Shown here: positions 47,095-57,800 of the stretch, piece by piece | How the letters are laid out: every line of letters begins with the position of its first letter | Numbering within the stretch: position 1 is the stretch's first letter | Assembly (NCBI GenBank): GCA_963924565.1 | Contig: OZ004608.1 | Coordinates: 26,226,001-26,290,000, forward strand | Reading direction: 5' to 3' | DNA length: 64,000 nucleotides | Source of the DNA: Ascidiella aspersa | Lineage: Eukaryota | Translations under genes and position numbers: made by a program | Notes under the pieces: generated by a model | Told to the model about the DNA's origin: nothing | Database searches by the model: none | What the model saw: only the letters and a program-made list of their open reading frames with translations

Positions 47095-50000
47095 ATGTCG
47101 CTTTTGCAAATAGCCCTAATGTTAAGCTACCTGCTTTGCATATTGAGTGTATGCACAACTCAGGGAAGGGTCTTTGAAACGTTAAAGCCCGTGAGGAGTT
47201 ACACTTCAAAGGATGATCAAACATCGGCCGTGGGTGACTTGGTTAAAAGGGTGTTGGGTGAAAGAAGTTCAGAAGTGACAATTGAAGTGATTGAGAGTTC
47301 ACAATATCAAGATTATGCCTTGGTACTTTCTATAATATATATTATATTTTGTATTTAATTTATTGTAAAACTGGCGCTTTTGCAGGCAGTCTTGCTTGTC
47401 ACCTTTTCTCTTTGTTACATTCAAAGTTAGAAATTCCTCGAATTAATGGAGTGGTGTCCGAAAATCAGGCCTGTGGAGTCATTTAAAAAAAAATTTGACT
47501 ACTGAGCCTGATTTCAACAGAGTAAGCCAGGTCAAAATTGCCTACTCAGTTAGAGCCCTGGGTCCTCTGCCCTAATTATGTAGCTCTATTAGCCCTGGTG
47601 CCCCTACAATAGCCCCTACACCCATCCACTAATATGGGTGTCATCTCCTGTCCACCCACATTATGTTCTCAAAGTATTCCACCATACAGAATTTTTCGCT
47701 TTTTATATAACAATGTGCCACCTTTTTAATTCCAAATTCGGTACTGTACATTTTAGACTTTGTACTTGAGTAGTCTTTTATAGTTTTACCAAAGTCCCAT
47801 TTTTTTCATTAAACTGTAGATTTAAAACCCTTTACATTTGTTTTGCAGCTGCAATACTCTGATGCAAAGTTAAAAATAACAGGTAACAATGGTGTCGCCA
47901 TTGCATTTGGACTCAATCACTACCTCAAATACTTTTGCAGGTAATTAAAAAAGCAGATTATGTCCGTGTTATATAAAAATTCTATGCTTCTCTGTAAATG
48001 TTATTTCACCACAGAAAGCAAATGTCATGGGCTGGGGACCAAATGGGAGATATCCCAAAGCCACTGCCACCAGTGCCAGAAGAAGGGATTTTCCTTCAAG
48101 CTGGAGTCAAATACAGATACTATCAGAATGTTTGCACAGTCAGCTATTCTTCAGTTTGGTGGAATTGGACAAGGTCAGTGTAATTTTGTGTGTATTTTTT
48201 ATTACATATATCAACAATTATGTTTTAAATTAAAGAAAAAAACCATTGATTAAAGTGTCTTTGGCTAAAAAAAATTAGAAAAAGAAGCAAGAAGCAGGAT
48301 TTTTTCACACACCACAGGGTACTACACATAAAACCACCTAATTAAATACGTAGTTATGACTTCCGGGACCACCTGTATCATATAAAAGGATGCAAGTGTT
48401 ATGATGTGTTTTAGAGCATTGTAATAAAGATTACTGACCTTGTACAGGTGGGAAAGAGAAATTGACTGGATGGCATTGAATGGGATAAATCTTCCTTTGG
48501 CTTTCACCGGCCAAGAGGCAATTTGGCAAAGGGTTTATACAAAGCTCGGACTTTCTGATGCTGAACTTGATGACCACTTTGCAGGACCTGCATTCCTTGC
48601 TTGGTGAATTATTAAATTTGTTATTAAATGAAATATCAAAGTAGTAATTTTGCTTTTGCCTGTCAGAACAACAAAACTGTAACCACATTTTGATTTTATT
48701 ACTTAGGGGCCGCATGGGTAACCTGCGCAAATGGGGTGGGCCGCTACCCAAATCATGGAAAGATGGACAGCTAGCTCTACAGCACCAAATTCTTGCGCGC
48801 ATGAAATCCCTTGGCATGATACCAGTGCTTCCTGGTTTTGCCGGACACATTCCAGCTAGTTTGGTAAACAAATTCCCAAATGTAAGTATTGTGCATATTT
48901 GTTGGAACTACTGATAACATATTTTAATGCCATTTTGTTTAAATTAGTAGTCCTCAACCTTTTTTAGATTTTGTTGTGTATTACATCTGAGTAATTTTCC
49001 TTTAAGACACTAACTTCGCTGCACACCACCTGAAAAGCCTTCCATTTTCCTAGTGGTGAATTACCACAGGTTGAGAACCACTGCAATAAATGAATCAATT
49101 CTAACACATTTTTTTTGTTTCATTGCATTATATATATATATTCTTCAATCTCAAATCAATACATAACACAAAGATTAAATTTAACAACTAATATCGGTCA
49201 ACAGTTTATTAAACATCATTTTTTGCCCAATTGCTTTGTTTTATTTAAAGGCTACAGTCTCCAAACTAGGATCTTGGGGAAACTTTAACTGCTCCTATTC
49301 ATGTACTACACTGCTGGAGCCAGATGATCCATTGTTTAGGTAGGATTTGTTATATAAATGTTTATTTACCTTACTGAAAAATTAGCAAATTGTTTAATTT
49401 ACAAATATGAATACAACCAGGCTAATTATCCATTTTTTTGTAATTCCTTTAAAACAATTTTTGCAACGAAAATAAGTAATGAAAACTATTGTCACTTGAG
49501 ATACACATTTGTATAAAATCTACATTATTCTGCAGAACTATCGGGAAAATGTTTATTGAAGAGCAAATAATGGAATACAATGGAACTAACCACATTTATA
49601 ATGCTGATACATTTAATGAAATGATTCCAAAATCAAGCGATATTGATTACTTGGGCAATGCAAGTTTAGCTGTTTATGAAGGCATGACTGCTGCAGACCC
49701 CAAAGCAATATGGTAAGTTGAAAATCAGAAATTCACAACAAAGTATTGTGTCATGTAACATGTAATTTACATTTCTATCAGGCTTATGCAGGGATGGCTT
49801 TTTCACAGTGCTCCAGGGTTTTGGGAAGGCCCTCAAATTAAAGCACTGACAACTGCTGTTCCACAGGTAACTGATTCATGACTAATAAAAAAAATCTGTG
49901 TAAAGGTTCACACAAATTCCATTTTTTTCCAGGGCAGGCTGCTTATTTTGGATTTATTTTCCGAATCTTACCCACAATTTGAAAGGACTGATTTCTATTA

Positions 50001-52606
50001 TGGACAACCGTTTATTTGGTGCATGTTGCACGATTTTGGGGGAAATCTTGGTTTTTATGGAAAACTTGACACTATAAACAATGTAAGATATAACTATTAT
50101 ACTTGGTTATGTGTTAGTCGGTTCAATGATATATCCATATATAAATACTATGTTATGTAGGTCAGTTTTTAACCATTTAGTCACAAACAGAAATGCCTAT
50201 TAATTTAGGTAAAAATCCTGTTTTTGAAATAACAAGTGTCCTTTAAGTCACTGTTTCTTAAACTAGAGTGGTTCGCCCTTGAAATGAAATTGCTTATTTT
50301 TTATGCCGTTGTTTGTACTTGTTGACATTGCTCAACTTGGGGTAATTTAGAGACGTCAAACCAATATTTTTCATTATAAATAAATGCAGTAAACTTAGTC
50401 TTGCAACAACAATGCTAATCCCACAAAAATAAAACTTGCTATAACTGGCGCTTATTCCTAGGACATACATATGTGGTTTTACGGTTATATTGTTTTTAAA
50501 TTGTGATGAATAAATATAGCTTTCTGTAGTAGGTGTGAACAAATGTGAAAAAGTTATCATCAATAATCACACCCCAAAAAACAACAGAATTCGTCTTACT
50601 TACGAACATAACAACATAGAATAATGTGCAATCTGTAAATTTATAGCAACCAATGAAAATTTTGAACTCCCCTGGCTCGACAATGATTGGAACAGGCATC
50701 ACCCCCGAAGGAATCAACCAGAACTATCTTGTTTATGATTTAATGTTGGAGGCTGGTTATCGGGTACATCCTGTTAACATTTCTTTTTGGATTGAAGAAT
50801 ATGTCATGAGAAGGTAAACTAATAATTTGCATTTAATTGGTGTTTTTAAACTACTTTTATTGATAGAGCTGTGCAATTTTACACTGACTTGGGAAAACCA
50901 CATTTATTTAGTACTGATACAATTTAGCTGGCAGTAAATTATTATGTAACAATCCCCTTGGTTATCTATAAAGTGTTCAAATTAAGTTTAGTTAAATACA
51001 TTATGGCTACATGCAACACAGCATTTTATTTACCTTTCTATAATAAAATGATTTGTTATAAACTCTCATAGATTATGTGGGTAACACACCAGACCAGCGA
51101 TAAATCATAGTTATTATAATTAACAGTACTATAATTTCTGCTTTCAAAAGGTATAACTCAAACGATGCAAATGCTGTTGCAACTTGGTTGACTATTGGAA
51201 GTAGCATTTACAATGACACCTCGGTAGGTTTTCCTGCAAAGTCTTTAATTCGTGGACCAATTGTCAAGAGACCATCCATGACCATTACAGAACTACCTTA
51301 CTGGTATAAGTATGAAAGGTAAGTTGAAGATTTATTTCAGCATATTCATAGCCAGCAAAATATTTGAGGTTTATCTTACAAACTCTTGTTTCTTTAGTCT
51401 TGAGCTGGCTTGGGATTATTTTTACAAGGCCCTTGATAAACTTCCTCAAATTGAAACAGTAAAATATGATGCTGTTGATATCACTCGGCAGATGTTACAA
51501 GCAACCCACAGACTTATTTACTATGCCATGTTGGAGGTATGTTATATCTCTTTATGATTAAATATCATAAAAGGTGTTACAATCTGTTTGTAGATTCATG
51601 AAGTACTAAATAATGTTTGTAAAAAGTTGTTGATAGAAGATTGCCAAATCATTTAGCTTATGAACAAATATATCAAAGATTATCAATACTTATGCTTGAA
51701 GGAGTTTCAGTGGCATGGTAATGTAACATTAATTGCTCTGGGAGATATTTTGATGGACTTGATGAACGATTTTGATAGAATTTTAGCAACGGATACACAC
51801 TTTATGATGGGTTGCTGGATTCGAGATGCAAGAGCAGTGGGCACTACAGATGAGGTTGTTAGAATTTTTGTTTAAAAAATGACTTCAAACATTGTGATTG
51901 CTATTTATAGGAAGTGGGTTAAATAGTGTTAACGTTGGTATGTAGTGCTTACATGGATATACAATTGCTGCTTCATAATGTATGTGTAGCCTATTAAGCT
52001 TAATTGCTTTGCTTGGCAGTGGTGAAAATTAGTGCATACTAAAGCATTTATATTCATAGACCATTGGACATCGTTTATTTTTTATTTTATATAAATTAAC
52101 AGGAGAAAGACCTATATGAATTCAATGCCCGAAATCAAGTTAGTCTGTGGGGTCCAACTGGTAATATTCTTGACTATGCTGATAAGCACTGGGCATCTCT
52201 CACCAAGCACTATTACCTGTAAGTGCATGGTCTTCAAACTAAACTTGTGTAACACTTTGTTTAGTTTAATCACAGTACATTTAGGCTGGAGTTTTTTGTG
52301 CAATAACCTCTGTTTTGTTAGACCAAGGTGGGGTCTGTTTATAGAACACTTAAAGACGGCGTATAATGCTGGAAAGGCATTCGATAACGCTGCATTTGTT
52401 TCTGATGTTTTTACAACTGTTGAAGAACCTTTCACCAAAAGCAAGGAAGCTTATCCAACTGCTCCAAAAGGTAAAAATAAAGCACCCTTTGAGTTATTGT
52501 TAAGTACATAACGTTTGCTGATTGGACAAACATATTTTTTTCAGAGAATGCGATAGAAGTTGCCAAGGAGCTTTACAAGAAATGGAAACCATTTTTCAAA
52601 ATTTAG
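47095..52606 (+). CDS. NAGLU: Alpha-N-acetylglucosaminidase (GH89, lysosomal heparan-sulfate degradation); 16 exons, 754 aa
   Basis: Exons 47095-47322, 47849-47940, 48015-48173, 48448-48603, 48707-48881, 49251-49339, 49536-49712, 49782-49866, 49933-50082, 50647-50813, 51151-51318, 51398-51536, 51702-51854, 52103-52218, 52322-52470, 52545-52606 (2265 nt, in phase). Signal peptide present. Motifs [27 protein letters not shown], catalytic-Glu motifs DTFNEM and [30 protein letters not shown]. Confidence 0.97.
48945..49083. mobile_element. Short hAT-Charlie (MER5-like) MITE remnant in NAGLU intron 5
   Basis: Ends TAGTAGTCCTCAACCT ... AGGTTGAGAACCACTG. Similar GAACCACTG ends occur at ~45705 and ~53335. 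The TSD is poor. Confidence 0.5.
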
Positions 52607-54134
52607 ACACCTTTGTTTTTCTTCTCTGATCGACCATAATTACACAAGTCGATGCAAGTATAATCCCCAGCATCCAACTGAGCAAATACTTCACACTTTT
52701 TCTCCTGAAATCATTCCATCACATTTAACTCGCAAAAAATGTGTTTAAGTTGCAAGACTGTTGTTTTTTAAACTTTAGAAAGTGTTGTCAAAAAAGTTAT
52801 CAACCCAACTTGGAAATTTGTGAAACAACCTATTAGTACTTTATCTCTTAAAATCACTATTCCTTAGTATATTGTAAAAAATCATGTTCAATTCATCAAT
52901 CGGGCCACATATGATTTTTCTCTTTAATTCCTGGTCTATTTTTCAATCAAGTGCCTAAATTTTTGAAACGTACTGAAAATTCTTTATTCTGCAATTGCTT
53001 ATGTTTCCAATACTATGCAATAGTTAACAAATGCTGCACTTTTTCAACAGTATGGTTTAGCTACAAGCCGGCGGGCTTCCTAGTACAATATCACATAAAT
53101 TAAAGTTTCAGTATTATATTTATTTTGACGTGTGGCCCGCAGGTTAAAAAAGTTGGACCACACTGTTGTATACATTTAAAAGACCAAATAAATTCATAAA
53201 TATATATTATTCATTGAATGATTCTTGTTTGAAAAAAGTGGTTTTCAAAGTGTTATTAACAAAAACTGAAGAAAACGCGCGCATTTTTTTTAGGTTTATT
53301 TTTTTTGCACTGTAAGGTAGAAAAGTTTGAGAACCACTGTACTTTACAGAGGAGAGACCATAGCAGGGATGTGGTACAGTGTAGGTTAACGATTGTTTTT
53401 GCAAACTTTTATTTGTAAATTAGTATGCCTACATTGATGCAGGTAAAATGTTGACAGAGCAAACAGTAAATACATGTAACATGTCAACAGTTAAGCATTT
53501 ATGGCTAGCCATTAACAAAAACGGTTACCTTGTAACAATGGGAACTCTCTCAAGAGGGCAATGTGAAAAACTTGTCGCAGCAGGGTGGCTTGGTCACTTA
53601 AAATATTGCACCGCTTAAAAAACCTTGTGTGTAGAATATAACATCATACTTCAACCAACTATTACAAAGTAACACATTATCATGGACAAAGTAGCTTCCT
53701 AATTGACACAGAAAACAAATTCAAATTAAATTGTTGGTGATAAGCAAAACGCACAACAAGATTCTATCGTATAGGGATCAATAGAGCTTACTAGATAGTT
53801 GACTATAAGCATGGAGCCGATTTGTCACTGGCGAAAAACAAGGTGATGGAATTCACAGTTACTTTTGGATACGCAAAAATAAACGCAAGGGACATTCTCG
53901 CAAACGTCCTGTATGAAAACGAAATACAGTGCAACGACAAACAACTTCTCCATTCTTGAATAAAATGATAAAAATCGAGGGAAATACAAACAGCCCATAT
54001 CGTGAAAAAGACCTGCGCTAGTAGCAACAGTCTTCCAAGCAGAATAATACGAGGTCAGCCTTAACAGCATAGCACTGGAACTGGTGATTTGGCTTGATTA
54101 ATCATCGCGGGTAAAGCTTAAGGAAGAAATAAAC

Positions 54135-54162
54135 AAACGAACGAACGAACGAACGAACGAAC
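54135..54162. repeat. (AACG)n microsatellite
   Basis: About six consecutive AACG units. Confidence 0.9.
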
Positions 54163-54618
54163 AATAACAATTTAAGTGCATCGTAACAGGAAGCGACAAA
54201 AAAGCAGGCTGTCCATAGATATTCTTTTTATTTTTTCCAAGGCACTTGTGTTAAAAATGTAGGTTTCGTGCAGTGATGTTCCAAATACACAACATTTTTG
54301 CAAAGAAGGTTTGGTAGTCGAAAGTGAAACAGCTAGTTTCTCTAGTTTCTCGAAATTAGAACCTAAAACCAGTTGAGTATAGCAAGACTTTTTGACAAAT
54401 AATTGCAGATTATGAATTCCTGGCTCTTAAAACATCCACTTGAAGCCTAAAAAAGTAAAATTAAATTGTTTACTTATCTTACAAATACGTAGGTCGTGCG
54501 ATCGGTATTTTGGCACTATTAACACGATCCAAATAAATTTAAAATCGTTTTTATCCTAAATACAGCGGTTTCTAAAAAGACCCAAACTTGCTAACGAGCT
54601 TTCGGATTTCTATAAAGA

Positions 54619-54664
54619 ATAACTTCCAGCTTGTTTAATTATAACTTCCAGCTTGTTTAATTAT
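54619..54664. repeat. 22-bp tandem duplication
   Basis: ATAACTTCCAGCTTGTTTAATT occurs twice in tandem. Confidence 0.85.
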
Positions 54665-54814
54665 ATAATAAATATAGGAGATATATTCCTTAAGGAGAAG
54701 TATAAATTATGATAATTGCAGAATGCCAAATCTGCATGCGAGTAATTGGAATTTAAATATAAAAAACTAAAAAAAAAACTTACAGCCTTAATCAGGTTTG
54801 CATAAATAGCCTGG

Positions 54815-57800
54815 TCATCTCGGTACTGCCAAGGCCAGCGGCGTCCGCAGCGTTGTTTCCAGTCTCTCGTTGTGCGGTATCAAGGAGTTGTGTGCGTAAT
54901 GCAGCACAAGGTCGGTCAGTGTTAAATGCAGGTTGAAGGGCTCCGCGAAACCGAAGCCATCCGAAGTTTTTTCGATCAGACAGTGATGGACTTCGTTGTT
55001 CGCCCTATACAAAAAGTACATTCCTTTCTATACGCGTTTCAACAACATTGAGCTAAATTAAATACAATAAATGTCGACCAGGCAAAACCAGCAGTTGGGA
55101 TTTTCAGGAATCTGTGTAGTGTTGCCAAACTCACCGTAGCGAACATGCAAAGGGTGGGCCAGAGTTGCCTCTTTTCCTTATGAGAAACGTTCCATCTGGC
55201 ATTCCGTTTAGGGCGTGTTCAGCGTGGCACCTACACGTGAAACATAATCACATTTCCAGCTTTCACAGTTAAGTACTGAGATCAATTGAACATTTAAAAA
55301 CATAGCCTGGACTAAGACATTGTCTGCTTTTATTCACAAAGGAAAAAAAATAAAATAAAAAATAGATAACGTGCCAGGTGGTAAGTTTCACAATTTCTAA
55401 TAGTGCAGTACACGGGTTAAAAAAGAATTGTATAAGCGTAACTTTGGGTTACCTGTCAAAGTCTGGGAAGAACCAATTTTCTTCTATACAGTGCTGGGGA
55501 TAGGTCTTGCGCAAATCAACATTGTCCGGCAAATGGTAAATGTCATCTTCGTCATTACCCTCGTTTCGCTGAAGTTCTTGGTTGATCTGCTCTTCTGGAA
55601 TTCGTCTCGCCTTCATGAAACTATTAAAAAAGAACAAGGACTTACTTATATTTTTTGTTTTAGTGAACAGTGATTTTTTAGTGAAAAGTAAACAAGCAGC
55701 TATTACACGGTTTGTTCTATATCAGGGGTCGGGAACCTTTTTATCTAAGGAAGCCATGAAAGTCAAATAGCCTTGGTTGTATTTCCATGAGAGCCATATA
55801 TAATACTTTTAAACATCTAGTTATAAGCTGGCAAAAAAATAGTAAATTTAGCAGGGCGTTTATCTAATTTAACGTTTTTTTTATCTAATTTAAAAAAGTT
55901 GCTTTATGACCAACGATTACAGCTTCCGTATCAATAGTACACCGAAAAGCCATCGCAGACTCGCCGAATCTGTCGATCTATGATGCAAGCAGAGCAAGCC
56001 AGAAACATAACTGGCCTGCAGTGAGGTTCGAACTCACGACCTCCGGTCAAGCCGCGTCGCTCTACCAACTGAGCTATGCAGGCTCAGAGAGGAGCGAGTC
56101 GAGAAACAACCATGCGCCAATACTTGCACATTTTGTTAGTACAAGCAACTTCACACTGGGGGATCATCAGTCCGTATCAATCAATGAAAGACACACACAA
56201 ACATATGTGTTTAATAACATCTGTGATCTAGCCCCTCGGAAGTAGCTTTATGACCAACGATTACGGCTTCCGTATCAATAGTACACCGAAAAGCCATCGC
56301 AGACTCGCCGAATCTGTCGATCTATGATGCAAGCAGAGCAAGCCAGAAAAACAACTGGCCTGCAGTGAGGTTCGAACTACTATTGATACGGAAGCCGTAA
56401 TCGTTGGTCATAAAGCAACTTCCGAGGGGCTAGATCACAGATGTTATTAAACACATATGTTTGTGTGTGTCTTTCATTACTTGAAATTAGTTGAAGATGA
56501 AAACTTACGCTATTTTGTCGTCCCTGCACTTCTTCAAACGAAGCATCTCTGCCTTGTTAGAATTCAGAGTTCTGTCCAGGTCCCGATTTTCAATGATCTC
56601 TTTGTTGAGTTGACTCTTGAGGCGCTCGCTTTCTTCCACGATGTATTTTAAGCGCGTTTGCATCTTGCGAAAGTTGTCAACCAGCCTGTGGGAACAACGA
56701 CCAATCTTAGATATTCCCTGAGTGATATGGGTACTTGAATTGGACGATAATTCTAATTGATAAAATTATAGCCTAAAAACTGGTACATACATGCAATATT
56801 TTGACTTTTATCCAGTTGACCATTGTTGTAAAAATATCAGTGTTAAGTAAAGAGTATCTGACGTCTATAGTAACTAAATAATACTACAAAATAAAATCGG
56901 TTGAGCAGAGGTTTACGCCAAAAAAATTATGCTGGCAAATTTCCTGCCACTGCCAACAAGTAAACTGCATTGACTTACAATCCACTAAAATCGAATAGGA
57001 CATAAATTATGTATGGAGCTAATCTTGTTAGCACGCTTAGTGACTTTAATTAGAACTAACAGGTTTTAAAAGAAGTTAACCTTGTAAAACAAGCTTACTT
57101 TTTTATATTCATAGCAAATAAACTTAATTATTACAACAGAACAGGCATTAACAAATGACCTAATGTCCATTTAAATTGCTTGCCTCAAATCCTAAGTTTT
57201 AGTGACCAAGATTTGTTACATATAGTATTACTTACCTATGCTCATCATGAGTTCCTCTAGCTTGGTCAAGAAAGTTGTTTAGCATTGTGCATTGCTCTCG
57301 AAACATGTTAATGGTTTCATCATAAGCACTTATTGCCGTTTTGGTTGTTTGTATATCCTAAAAAAAAAAAATTAAGTTGCTAATTCGATTGATACTACAT
57401 ACTGCACCACTAAACTTTGTACACTTGGTCGACAGGAATAGGCCTATTGCAACTTTACTATTTTACTCATTTTACCTCTTTATTATTTTTCTATCTTTAA
57501 ATAATAGCTTTTATTCCATAGCATCATGCTGATTATGTTTTGGTGTTAACACAAATAAATGGCAAATTCACAACTAGATAATATTTTAAAGGTTTTAAAA
57601 ACAGTGCCTTTTTTCGATTTGTCGAAACACTTTCCAAAGAAAAACTCACTATTCGTTGTAAGGACAAAGTTTATTGAAACATTAAATGTATTTAAATAGC
57701 ATACGATTAGAGTTACATACACATATTTTTTGTAGACACTAGTTTGTAAAAAATAATTTACCTGTTGTCTGGTTGTAAAAGTGTTATATTCATCATGGTA

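Noticed and set aside
56013-56083. Functional tRNA gene
   Set aside because: The anticodon arm is 2 nt short with no assignable anticodon, there is no adjacent oligo-T terminator, and it is embedded in a dispersed repeat.
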